From positions 42,591-95,338 of the forward strand of contig JAOZPT010000003.1 in the NCBI GenBank assembly GCA_029932605.1: a stretch of 52,748 nt of DNA. The letters run 5' to 3'. The notes below the pieces were generated by a model. It saw nothing but the letters and a program-made list of their open reading frames with translations, had not been told where the DNA came from and made no database searches. The position numbers were made by a program, and so were the translations under genes. The DNA comes from Candidatus Zixiibacteriota bacterium. GTDB lineage: Bacteria > Zixibacteria > MSB-5A5 > UBA10806 > 4484-95. This document shows positions 1-9,519 of this stretch, in pieces (the first letter of the stretch is position 1; every line of letters begins with the position of its first letter).

Positions 1-2
1 TA

Positions 3-146
3 TTTTTTGGTTCCTGGGCTTATGATTTCATCGGTGCTCCAAAAAAGGCTGAAAAACTGAATAAAGAGCATGGTTATTCAATTTTCATTTACCCAAAAAT
101 CGACAGTGATCAAGTTTCCTATAACCTTGCCTTATCGATTAAGTAA
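3..146 (+). CDS. 3' end of a hypothetical protein, truncated by the window start
   Basis: Frame 3 is open from base 3 to TAA at 144-146: FFGSWAYDFIGAPKKAEKLNKEHGYSIFIYPKIDSDQVSYNLALSIK. Not in the ORF track; the ending resembles a beta strand. Confidence 0.55.
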   Translation, partial: FFGSWAYDFIGAPKKAEKLNKEHGYSIFIYPKIDSDQVSYNLALSIK

Positions 147-226
147 ATTTTAAAACGCTATTTATTCGAATATCATCCATATTATTTTTCTTGATATTAT
201 TGCCACTTATCCGATAATATATACAT

Positions 227-1750
227 ATGAAAAAGATTGCGGTTATAATATTGCTCAGCCTTACACTCTGGTTGAGTTGCGGCACCGAAACGCCATCCGA
301 GCCGATAATAACCGAACCAATAACCATCACCTCACCCATTCAAAATTCATCTGTCTCCGATACAGTGACTATAATAACCGCCGTTGGAACAGATTACTCA
401 TTTTCACGTGTTGATTTTTATGTCGATAATGATTCGCTTTACTCAGACCAGACATCCCCTTTCACCTATAAATGGTTCACCGGCATTTATCGTAATAATT
501 CCCATCATGTCCTGAAAGCCATCGCTTATGATACTACGTATTATGAATCCGATACAGTAGGCGTAACAGTTATAATCCCTTATGGTCCTATCACAATTAT
601 CAGCCCCGAAAATGGATCAATTGTGTTCGATTCAGCATCAATAGTGGTAAAAAAAGCGCCTGCTTATAATTTCGATAGAGTGGTTTTATTGGTTGATTCC
701 GATTCCGTGCAAACCGACACCTCCACCTCAGATACCATTACTTTCACATTGAATTTATCGGGTTACGAGGATAACTCATCGCTGTCACTGTCGGTTAAGG
801 GCGTCGAGGAGTCAACAGAATATTTTTCATCGTCAGTAAATGTAACTGTCGTATTGAATCCGATACTCGGAGAATTTGAGAATATCTCCACATTCACTAC
901 TGCCGGCCCTGCTGTAAGGGTAGCATCGGAGGAAGGCTATCTTTACACAGCCGCCGGCAGTGAGGGACTATACGGAGTTGATGTATCATTGCCACAATCG
1001 CCTGTATGGCTGTTCCGATTCGATTCTCCCGGAGAAGCATTGGGTGCCGATGTTGACTTTCCATACGTGTATTTAGCCGACAGCGACCAAGGGGTGCAAC
1101 GCTTCAATAACACCAACCCCGACACAATAGTTTCCGCCGGGTCATACAATACCCCCGGTTTAAGCCGGAATATCAAAGTCTCTGGGAATATACTATTCGT
1201 GGCAGATAATGATGCTCTTCAGATCATTTCAATAAATGGTAATAACTTAAATCCTGTTTCAAGACTTTCTATTGCAGGCGGGCAGGTCATAGATGTCGAT
1301 GTTTTCGATGAAATCGCCTATGTTTTAGATTATAACGGTATTACGGTAGTCGATGTCTCCAATCCAAGTTCGCCGGTGGTATTAAGTCGCTTTGGAGCTC
1401 TTGTCGGCCAGGGCCAGGCTATATCGGCGATTGATAGTTTTGTTTTCGTTGGCACAAATGCTGAACTTATGAAACTCTCCTCAGCCAATCCCTCAAATTT
1501 GCACAACCTTTATAATTTAAGTAACAGCGGTGGCTTCACCGGTGTATTTGCCACCGATTCAGTCTTGTATGCCTCATTGGGCGGCTCAAATGGCGGAGCA
1601 TCTGCATTCGATTACAGAAACGGTAATTCACTTTTGCTTTTGAGTTCATATTCTTTTGATGAGGCTTGTAATGATATATGCGCCACCGAGCCATTTGTCT
1701 TTTTAGCCAGCCAGGCTAATAAAGTTCATATCTTAAGATTTGTCAGATAA
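227..1750 (+). CDS. Lipoprotein with two bacterial Ig-like domains and C-terminal LVIVD-repeat beta-propeller
   Basis: Signal peptide with lipobox LWLSC; two 'ITI(T/I)SP.(Q/E)N.S.V.D' Ig-like starts; LVIVD-like repeats (LYGVDVSLPQSP, ITVVDVSNPSSP). Confidence 0.8.
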   Translation: MKKIAVIILLSLTLWLSCGTETPSEPIITEPITITSPIQNSSVSDTVTIITAVGTDYSFSRVDFYVDNDSLYSDQTSPFTYKWFTGIYRNNSHHVLKAIAYDTTYYESDTVGVTVIIPYGPITIISPENGSIVFDSASIVVKKAPAYNFDRVVLLVDSDSVQTDTSTSDTITFTLNLSGYEDNSSLSLSVKGVEESTEYFSSSVNVTVVLNPILGEFENISTFTTAGPAVRVASEEGYLYTAAGSEGLYGVDVSLPQSPVWLFRFDSPGEALGADVDFPYVYLADSDQGVQRFNNTNPDTIVSAGSYNTPGLSRNIKVSGNILFVADNDALQIISINGNNLNPVSRLSIAGGQVIDVDVFDEIAYVLDYNGITVVDVSNPSSPVVLSRFGALVGQGQAISAIDSFVFVGTNAELMKLSSANPSNLHNLYNLSNSGGFTGVFATDSVLYASLGGSNGGASAFDYRNGNSLLLLSSYSFDEACNDICATEPFVFLASQANKVHILRFVR

Positions 1751-1867
1751 AATTACCGAGAATTCTTTATACTGTAGCACAAGTTACACAATTTTACACA
1801 CACATAGATTCTTCATTGACAAATTCAGGTTTTATCCATAGGTAATGTATACAAATTGGAGATAACA

Positions 1868-2341
1868 ATGAAAAAATTCGAGATGATACCTGTAGGATAT
1901 GTAAAGTGCCCGGAGCTTACAGATTCTAAGACCCCCGGAGATAAAAATGACCGAAAGAAATATAAGGCTGAAGCAATAATAAACGAAAATCTCGAAAGAG
2001 CTCTTGATGGCATAGAACAATTTGACCACGTTTGGCTTCTTTTTGTGTTTGACAGGAATATAGGTAAAAGATATGACCTTAAATTAGTACCGCATCCTGA
2101 TCCATATCAAAGAGAGCATGGCCTTTTTGTTACCCGCTCGCCTAATCGACCTAACCCCATTGGTTTATCCGTTGTCAGGGTTTTAGGGCGAAACAAAAAC
2201 ATATTATATTTCGAGAATTCGGATATACTTGACGGCACGCCCCTTTTAGATATCAAGCCGTATATCCCTTACGGTGACAGTCATCCCCACTCAAAGGCAG
2301 GTTGGCTTGATGATGTAAAGGACTTAAAACAACTTGATTAG
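1868..2341 (+). CDS. tsaA: tRNA (N6-threonylcarbamoyladenosine(37)-N6)-methyltransferase TrmO/TsaA
   Basis: Motifs IPVG, ALDGIEQFDHVWLLF, GLFVTRSPNRPNPIGLSVV, DILDGTPLLDIKPY. ATG 1868 follows a GGAGA RBS (the ORF track starts at TTG 1856). Confidence 0.92.
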   Translation: MKKFEMIPVGYVKCPELTDSKTPGDKNDRKKYKAEAIINENLERALDGIEQFDHVWLLFVFDRNIGKRYDLKLVPHPDPYQREHGLFVTRSPNRPNPIGLSVVRVLGRNKNILYFENSDILDGTPLLDIKPYIPYGDSHPHSKAGWLDDVKDLKQLD

Positions 2342-2375
2342 TTTATATAACTAAATTGGTCGCAAGATTTATCTA

Positions 2376-3161
2376 TTAACCCAGGCCGAACTTTTTACTC
2401 CGCAAAAATTCTAGTATATGTGGTCGTAGTGCATCAGGTGCTGTTGACGCCAGACGGCGAGCGGTGTGCTCACACCATGAATATTCATTATCAGGCACAA
2501 TTTTACCGGTAGGTGAGACAACTTTGCGGCGAGGTCCATCATAAAGACCGGTTTTGCGGATAAACTCATCGTATTGGCTTAGTAGTTTCTGCAACTGGCT
2601 GTCATCATATTTCTCATTATGAATGACTACCTCAGCCTGAAGGCGTGGTTTTATCATCGGCCGGGTATCCGGCCAGCCAAGGCAAATCCCCATCAACGGG
2701 TAAACCTTATCCGGCAGTTCGAGAAGGTTTGAGACCTCAACCGGCTTATTGCGTATACCACCGATCATCACACCACCCAGGCCGCACGATTCAGCGCCTA
2801 AAAGGATATTCTGGGCTACCAGGGAAGCATCTACAGTTGCCACAATAAACATCTCCATATAACGATCGATGAATTCGTAATTCTGGCGGACGCATACTTT
2901 CCCAAGGCGTAACAAATCCGGGCAGATAACCAGGAAAACGGGACAGTTTCTCACCCATACTTGATTGCCGCATAGTTTTGCCAGGGTGGTCTTTTTAGCT
3001 TTGTCCCTGATGATGATAATCGAGTAGGCCTGGAGGTTCGATGATGTCGACGCCTGGCGAGCGGTATTTAAAATCGTATAAAGAAGTTCATCGGGAATGT
3101 CATCCTCTTTGAACTTGCGCACGGAGGCATGCGAGGCCATTATCTTTAAAGTCTTATTCAT
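2376..3161 (-). CDS. NfsA/NfrA-family NADPH-dependent FMN nitroreductase
   Basis: HASVRKF, ASTSSNLQAYSII, VDASLVAQN, AESCGLGGVMIGGIRN, KPRL motifs. Confidence 0.9.
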   Translation of the reverse strand: MNKTLKIMASHASVRKFKEDDIPDELLYTILNTARQASTSSNLQAYSIIIIRDKAKKTTLAKLCGNQVWVRNCPVFLVICPDLLRLGKVCVRQNYEFIDRYMEMFIVATVDASLVAQNILLGAESCGLGGVMIGGIRNKPVEVSNLLELPDKVYPLMGICLGWPDTRPMIKPRLQAEVVIHNEKYDDSQLQKLLSQYDEFIRKTGLYDGPRRKVVSPTGKIVPDNEYSWCEHTARRLASTAPDALRPHILEFLRSKKFGLG

Positions 3162-3191
3162 GATAAATCCCGGAAACGATTATATTCGGTT

Positions 3192-3236
3192 TTGACATTT
3201 TAATCAAATCAAAATATAAACCACAAAGCAAGGAGG
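3192..3236 (+). promoter_or_regulatory. Sigma70-type promoter and RBS for the 3242 gene
   Basis: TTGACA (3192-3197), 17 nt spacer, TATAAA (3215-3220); AGGAGG at 3231-3236. Confidence 0.65.
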
Positions 3237-3241
3237 AGACC

Positions 3242-5419
3242 ATGTTAAAAAAAACAATCCTAATGGTATTAGCGGCGATTATCGCATCAACCTGTCCGGC
3301 GCAGGAACCATCCGATTCATCGAATATTGATCGACTTGGCCAGGCTTTGCAAGAAGCTGGATTCAGCCGGAACGATCTGGGTTTTCAGCCCAAAGGGTAC
3401 TGGAACCGGTTTCCCAACCCGAGACTGATACCGCATATCCTTCCTTTTTTCGAGGACCTTTATGCTGAACCTTTAAAGATTTATGATTTCACCAAAACGA
3501 TGGGTAACGCCGTGGCTTTTTATATGCAGCCTGAATACTTCGATACCTCCAGTAGCTCGCTTCACAGAATAATCTATCTTTTAGGTGTTGACCGTATGAT
3601 AACCGGTTTTCGAAATTACAGTGTCAATCTCGACCCTAGGTTCAATGCTAAGCGACCTATGATGGACGCCTTCGAGAGGATTTATTTAGCCGAGGGTAAG
3701 CAGATGAATTTTATGACATTCGGCAACAAATCTGACTGGCCGGATTACAAAAAGGATTTAGGAAAAAAGCTTGTCGATATCCCACCCAAACTACAGACAA
3801 TTGTAGCGGCGTTGATGTTAAGTCTATATGATGCCTATAAATGGCGACAAATAGCTGTGCGAAACCTTGATTACCAGGATATGACCTTCCTGTTTAGTAT
3901 AAAAAACTTTGCCGAAACTATGGGTGATGGGCAAATCTATTACCCACAGATCGATGATATCGCAAAACAACTTGACGAGCATTCGCTTTACTACGCATGT
4001 ATGAAAACGGCCCAGGCAGCTGAGACCTGTTATAAGGATTTGAAAAAATACATTGAATCAACCGATGACGAATTGTCGGACATCGCATTTGAGTTTGACT
4101 GCATCTACGGTATGGTAGTAGTGCGTGGCACCGGCAAAGATAAAACCGATTACCGTGATGCTGCCATTCTGGTTGATTTGGGTGGCAATGACCAGCACAA
4201 TGGCAATATCGGTGCCACCCCATCAGTGGATATCCCTATTTGTGTAGCCATAGATATGTCAGGCGATGACCGATATGAAAATAGTGATGAGGATCTTCTC
4301 TCGCAGGGTGCGGCAATCCTTGGCGCCGGGGTTTTAATCGATGGCGATGGCTCGGATGAATATAAGGCGATAAAGATGGCTCAGGGATGCGGGCTTTTCG
4401 GTATGGGATTGCTACTTGATGTTGATGGTAATGATAGATATAATCTCAAGACAAGCGGTCAGGGTTGTGGATATTTCGGTATCGGGTTGTCACTTGATAT
4501 TAAGGGTAATGATACTAGGTATATTTTTGGAGACGGCCAGGGATATGGTGGTGTTGGAGGGATAGGCATTACTGCTGACTACCAAGGAGATGATAAGTAC
4601 ACCGCTGAACCTTATGCAAATGTGTTCGATCGCGGTGATTATCACTCTGAGTATAAGATAAATGTCAACTCTGCCCAGGGCGCCGGTATGGGGCGAAGAG
4701 GCGATGGCTCGGATGGTCATAGCTGGGCAGGTGGCCTTGGGGCACTTATCGATATCAAAGGCAACGACGAATACTATTCTGGCAACTGGACACTCGGCTG
4801 TGGATACTGGTTCGGCACCGGCTTAGTCTACGAGGGAGAGGGCGATGACCTGTACAAATCGGTGTACTTTACTCAGGCCTCTGGTGCCCATTACTGTATC
4901 GGTGCTATCCTTGATGAGAGTGGAAATGACACCCATCAACTATGGGAAACCGCTGGTGCAGGCCTTGCATTTGGCTGGGACTACGCCATTGCCCTGATGT
5001 TCGATATAGGCGGCGATGACCGCTATATCGCCAAAATAATTTCTACTGCCTGCGCTCAGATACGCTCAAACGCTATATTAGTCGATATCGGTGGCGACGA
5101 TTATTATCAGCTCCAGGAAGGCCAGCAAGGTTTCGGTGCCGCAACCTATCGTAAAAGCTATGACCAGCCAAACCAGCTTTCACCTTATGATGCTTACGCA
5201 AAATCGTTTGCTCTGCTTCTTGATATAGGTGGAAATGATACTTACAACGATTGGATAAAAGAAACCGATAAAAAGACTAAAAATAAAAAATGCGCTAATA
5301 ACTCGATCTGGTTTTCTCCAGCTAAGGATGATGAGCATTTCGGTGCGAATAATTTTGGTATAGGTATGGATGTTGAATATGGACGGGTGCCAGAACTCGA
5401 TTTCTTTGAAAATAGATAG
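3242..5419 (+). CDS. Secreted hypothetical protein with about 12 Gly-rich DxxG(D/N)DxY repeats
   Basis: N-terminal signal peptide; helical N-terminal half; C-terminal repeats of the form (S/G)QGxGxxGxGhhhDxxGxDxY; strong RBS. Confidence 0.85.
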   Translation: MLKKTILMVLAAIIASTCPAQEPSDSSNIDRLGQALQEAGFSRNDLGFQPKGYWNRFPNPRLIPHILPFFEDLYAEPLKIYDFTKTMGNAVAFYMQPEYFDTSSSSLHRIIYLLGVDRMITGFRNYSVNLDPRFNAKRPMMDAFERIYLAEGKQMNFMTFGNKSDWPDYKKDLGKKLVDIPPKLQTIVAALMLSLYDAYKWRQIAVRNLDYQDMTFLFSIKNFAETMGDGQIYYPQIDDIAKQLDEHSLYYACMKTAQAAETCYKDLKKYIESTDDELSDIAFEFDCIYGMVVVRGTGKDKTDYRDAAILVDLGGNDQHNGNIGATPSVDIPICVAIDMSGDDRYENSDEDLLSQGAAILGAGVLIDGDGSDEYKAIKMAQGCGLFGMGLLLDVDGNDRYNLKTSGQGCGYFGIGLSLDIKGNDTRYIFGDGQGYGGVGGIGITADYQGDDKYTAEPYANVFDRGDYHSEYKINVNSAQGAGMGRRGDGSDGHSWAGGLGALIDIKGNDEYYSGNWTLGCGYWFGTGLVYEGEGDDLYKSVYFTQASGAHYCIGAILDESGNDTHQLWETAGAGLAFGWDYAIALMFDIGGDDRYIAKIISTACAQIRSNAILVDIGGDDYYQLQEGQQGFGAATYRKSYDQPNQLSPYDAYAKSFALLLDIGGNDTYNDWIKETDKKTKNKKCANNSIWFSPAKDDEHFGANNFGIGMDVEYGRVPELDFFENR

Positions 5420-5569
5420 ACCAGCAAAAACACTAAGATGCAAGAACTTAAGATAACATACTTTATTCATAACATACAGATTTTCTGTTAAGCCCTTTAT
5501 ATTAACGCCTTTCATCCGATAACAACTAATAAGAAATAAACCGAGAAACTTAAGTGCCGTTGGTGAAAA

Positions 5570-6223
5570 ATGTATCATTTCCATCCGATGATAGTTCATT
5601 TTTCCATAGTGCTTTTTGTACTGGCTATGGTTTACGAGGCGTTGGCGCTTATAACCGGTAAACGGCTCTGGCCAATCCTCGCCAAAATATATATTGTTGC
5701 CGCTGCCTTAACGGCATTCATAACCGTAATATCAGGTTTAATCGATTTCGAAATAACCTGGATGACAGATAGCGGTCACCGGTTTATGAATATACATAAG
5801 ATCTTAGGCATTACCGTTTTCATAATTATAATCCTTCTTGCAAATTACAGATATCTTTTCCAGAAAATGCTCCCAGCGGGGATGTTCAAGATATATTTAG
5901 CAATGGGTGCATTATGTCTTGGGTTGATGTTCGGCACCGCCTATATCGGTGGTGCGGGTGTTTTTTATCATGGCACCGGTGTGCAAAAAGCCATGATAAA
6001 CTACACTGATGCCGAGGAATATCTAAAAAGATTGTATAGACTCGATGAATTTCCACCACCAACAGCCGAGGACTCGCTATATGCACTACCGTTTAAGCCG
6101 CTTGCAGAATCTCTCTATACACAAATTGATACATCCGGTCAAAGTCCTCAGACCGGCCGCCAACAAACCGTTATCCTGGAAATCGTCCCTCCAGTGCGTT
6201 CCAAGCCAAACCATCACAAATAA
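5570..6223 (+). CDS. DUF2231-family membrane protein with soluble C-terminal extension
   Basis: N-terminal HPMIVHF motif, about 4 TM helices, conserved H(K) and GGxxVFxHG. Confidence 0.75.
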   Translation: MYHFHPMIVHFSIVLFVLAMVYEALALITGKRLWPILAKIYIVAAALTAFITVISGLIDFEITWMTDSGHRFMNIHKILGITVFIIIILLANYRYLFQKMLPAGMFKIYLAMGALCLGLMFGTAYIGGAGVFYHGTGVQKAMINYTDAEEYLKRLYRLDEFPPPTAEDSLYALPFKPLAESLYTQIDTSGQSPQTGRQQTVILEIVPPVRSKPNHHK

Positions 6224-6378
6224 TAAATCTGACATTCGGACGATTTATCCCTGGCTCCCGAGAATAACAAGTTAATCAATTTCATAGATAACCATTAAGA
6301 TAAAATTCGTTGTTAAAGTATTTTATCGTTGCCCTAACGCAGATGTATTAGTAATTTTTTAGAAAACAGGAGGACCTG

Positions 6379-7080
6379 ATGAAGGAAATGGTATCTTTAT
6401 TATTAGTCATTTCGATTGGATTTGCAATGCTAACATACTCTCGGGGCAACTCTCAAGAATCTGCTAAAAATACTGGTACAACCAAAACGATAGATTTAAG
6501 TCCGCCGGTTGAAAAAAGCGATCTTTCGGTAGAGGAAGCTTTTTCAAGAAGAAGATCGATAAGAAATTTTGAAAACGTACCCTTGTCTTTAGCAGAAATA
6601 TCCCAGCTTCTCTGGTCTGCCCAGGGTATAACCGATAACAGGGGCTTTCGAACGGCACCCTCTGCAGGGGCACTTTATCCACTTGAGATTTATGTTGTAG
6701 CCGATAAAATCGAGGGCTTATCAGCGGGTGTTTATAAATACTTACCCAGCAAGCATGAACTAGAGCTGATTTCTGATGGGAACAAACTGGCACAACTGGC
6801 TGATGCGGCTTTGATGCAAGCCTGGGTGGAAAACAGCCCGGCGGTAATTGTCATCACCGCTGTTTACGAACGCACAACTATCAAATATGGAAAAAGAGGT
6901 ATAAGATATGTTCATATAGAGGTTGGATGTGCAGCTCAAAACATATACCTTCAATCGGTATCACTAAACCTTGGCACAACATTTATCGGCGCTTTTGATG
7001 ACCAGCAGGTGAAAAATGTTCTTAACATACCCGACAACGAAAACCCTTTAGCAATCATGCCTATAGGAAAATATAAATAA
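6379..7080 (+). CDS. SagB/ThcOx-family nitroreductase-like FMN dehydrogenase with N-terminal signal/anchor
   Basis: RRRSIRNF, QLLWSAQGIT, RTAPSAGALYPLEIY, EVGCAAQNIYLQ, IGAFDD; AGGAGG RBS. Confidence 0.88.
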   Translation: MKEMVSLLLVISIGFAMLTYSRGNSQESAKNTGTTKTIDLSPPVEKSDLSVEEAFSRRRSIRNFENVPLSLAEISQLLWSAQGITDNRGFRTAPSAGALYPLEIYVVADKIEGLSAGVYKYLPSKHELELISDGNKLAQLADAALMQAWVENSPAVIVITAVYERTTIKYGKRGIRYVHIEVGCAAQNIYLQSVSLNLGTTFIGAFDDQQVKNVLNIPDNENPLAIMPIGKYK

Positions 7081-7091
7081 GAAAGGACAAG

Positions 7092-7304
7092 ATGATCAAA
7101 CCCTCAGATTCTGTCGAAATGCTTTTGGAAAAATACCCGGGGATAAATTCCTTTTTGATGAAAAGGGGAATCCACTGTATCCAGTGCGGAGAACCTGTTT
7201 GGAAGACCCTCGAAGAACTTGTAAATGAAAAAGGACTTGATATAAAAAAGATAGTCTCCGAACTTAACCGGCATTACAGGCATTATGGTGATCAACAAAA
7301 CTAA
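7092..7304 (+). CDS. DUF1858-family small protein
   Basis: 'V.MLLEKYP...FLMKRGIHCIQCG....TLEE....KG' pattern; AAGGA RBS. Confidence 0.75.
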   Translation: MIKPSDSVEMLLEKYPGINSFLMKRGIHCIQCGEPVWKTLEELVNEKGLDIKKIVSELNRHYRHYGDQQN

Positions 7305-7516
7305 TGACCATAAGTAACGGCTATAGAAATTACAATAACGAATAACAAAAATATACCTCACGTTTATTGAAAACAATTGGACTTTTTGGCAATAAAGCAT
7401 TGACATAAAATACTGATTGTTTTATGAACTTAGGTTATGTTAAGCTTTGAAACAAACATAAAATTCACCCGTATTAAATTCAATTTCGATGAACATACTA
7501 ACTGGTTGGAGGTGAA

Positions 7517-8290
7517 ATGACCATTTCTTACTGGGTAATCCGCATTATATTTCTTGTTGTTCTAGTTCTTCCCTCCACAGGGCTGTCTGAGGACATAGAT
7601 TCTGACACCGTTCTTAAAAAAATCGTGAAAAAGATCGATGAACTGTACCGAAGTAAATCCAGTTATTCGGAGATGGAAATGACTATCTCTACACCTCACT
7701 GGGAAAGAACCTTGACTATGAATGTTTGGACTGAGGGGATGGAGAAGACCTTTATCCGAATCCTCTCGCCCGCCAAAGAGAAAGGCATTGCCACCCTGCG
7801 CATTGGCAACGAGATGTGGAATTATTTGCCGAAGACGAACAAGGTGATAAAGATACCCCCCTCGATGATGGTAGGTTCATGGATGGGCTCAGATTTCACC
7901 AATGATGACCTGGTAAAAGAGTATTCATTGGTTGAAGATTACATTTTCAAGCTCACAACTGTCGAGGATGCTGACGAGAAGCTTCTTTACGTTAAGCTTG
8001 TGCCAAAAGAGGGACTGGCAATTGTCTGGGGCCACATAATTATAGCTGTCAGAAAAAGCGATTACATGCCTGTCTGGGAACAATATTTCGATGAGAGAGG
8101 AAACCTGATAAGGCTTATAAACTTCAAAGATGTAAAACTTTTCGACGATAGGGAAATCCCCACAATAATGGAGCTGATACCCCAACACAAAGAAGGACAC
8201 AAAACCATTATTCGTTATATTAATATCGAGTTTGATCGAAAAATTGATAAAGACATTTTTAGCCTGAGAAACCTCCGCACAAGAAAATAA
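7517..8290 (+). CDS. LolA-like outer-membrane lipoprotein-sorting family protein
   Basis: Signal peptide; SPAKEKG, MWNYLP, SWMGSDFTNDDL and final FSLRNL motifs; GGAGGTG RBS. Confidence 0.85.
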   Translation: MTISYWVIRIIFLVVLVLPSTGLSEDIDSDTVLKKIVKKIDELYRSKSSYSEMEMTISTPHWERTLTMNVWTEGMEKTFIRILSPAKEKGIATLRIGNEMWNYLPKTNKVIKIPPSMMVGSWMGSDFTNDDLVKEYSLVEDYIFKLTTVEDADEKLLYVKLVPKEGLAIVWGHIIIAVRKSDYMPVWEQYFDERGNLIRLINFKDVKLFDDREIPTIMELIPQHKEGHKTIIRYINIEFDRKIDKDIFSLRNLRTRK

Positions 8291-8301
8291 GGAGAGTCAC
8301 A

Positions 8302-9519
8302 TTGCTATCGCTTAAGATTGCATTTCGCAATGTCTTTCGGCAGAAAAGAAGAACCATTCTCACCGCCCTGACGATGTTTGGTGGTTTTACTCTTTCTGCG
8401 ATATCCATTGGCTGGGGGGACGGGACATATTCGAACACCATCGATATATTCACACGCAATCGACTCGGTCATATCCAGATACACAAAAAGGGCTATCTTG
8501 ATCAACCATCTTTATATAAAACAATTGATGATTACGAAACGATCGGGGAAAAAATCATCGGTATTAATGGGGTTGAGGCCTGGGCACCTCGCCTGTACTC
8601 AGCGGGTTTAGCCTCGGTGGGTGAGAAGACAGCTGGTGTCAGGATATTAGGAATAGATCTCAACCTGGAGGAGAAATCGACACGTTTCAGCAGGAAGATT
8701 GTCGAGGGGAGAAATTTTTCCAGTGCCACATCAAAAGAGGCAATTTTGGGCAAAGGGTTAGCTGATATTCTTAAGGCTCAAATCGGTGACGAAGTGGTTA
8801 TCATTTCCCAGGCGGCGGATGGCTCCATTGCCAACGAGTTATACCCAATCGTAGGTCTGGTTGAAAGCGGTGATGATATGAGTGACCGGATGGATTTTTA
8901 TCTGACTCTACCAGAGGCTCAGGAACTTATGGCCCTTAATGGACGGGTACACGAAATCGCAATAATTGTTGAAAAACTCGGTAACGAAAGAAGGCTGGCT
9001 CACCAGATAAACGGTATGCTCAATAAAGCCGATCTCGATATAGCCCCCTGGCAAGAGTTCGCCAAGCAATTCTACCAAGCAATGTTAGCTGATGAAGAGG
9101 GAATGTGGATAATGCTTCTCGTCATAATCATTATAGTCGCAGTAGGAGTATTAAACACGGTGCTGATGACGGTGCTGGAGAGAATACGCGAATACGGTTT
9201 AATGAAAGCAATCGGTACCAGGCCTCTTCAGATAATCATTATTATCATTTACGAGGTTAATATCATTGCTCTGGCGAGTATAATTGCAGGAACTATCCTT
9301 AGCTTGCCGATTAATTATCTATTGTCTTTTCATGGTGTCGCCCTGCCCTTTACCTTTACTTACGGCGGTGTGGAATTTAGCAAATACTATACCCAGGTAA
9401 ATGTTAGAAGCTTTTTAATACCTGCTGTCACGATTTTATTTACTGCTTCTGTTGTTAGCATTTTCCCAGCTTTAAAAGCGGCCAGGATAGCACCAACAAA
9501 AGCGATGAGAGTGCATTGA
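8302..9519 (+). CDS. ABC transporter permease, LolC/E (MacB/FtsX) type
   Basis: IAFRNVFRQKRRTILT, GHIQI, large periplasmic domain, ERIREYGLMKAIG, PALKAARIAP; TTG start. Confidence 0.9.
   Translation: MLSLKIAFRNVFRQKRRTILTALTMFGGFTLSAISIGWGDGTYSNTIDIFTRNRLGHIQIHKKGYLDQPSLYKTIDDYETIGEKIIGINGVEAWAPRLYSAGLASVGEKTAGVRILGIDLNLEEKSTRFSRKIVEGRNFSSATSKEAILGKGLADILKAQIGDEVVIISQAADGSIANELYPIVGLVESGDDMSDRMDFYLTLPEAQELMALNGRVHEIAIIVEKLGNERRLAHQINGMLNKADLDIAPWQEFAKQFYQAMLADEEGMWIMLLVIIIIVAVGVLNTVLMTVLERIREYGLMKAIGTRPLQIIIIIIYEVNIIALASIIAGTILSLPINYLLSFHGVALPFTFTYGGVEFSKYYTQVNVRSFLIPAVTILFTASVVSIFPALKAARIAPTKAMRVH

Noticed and set aside
6379..7080. SagB-type gene as part of a thiazole/oxazole RiPP cluster
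   Set aside because: No YcaO cyclodehydratase or precursor peptide in the window.
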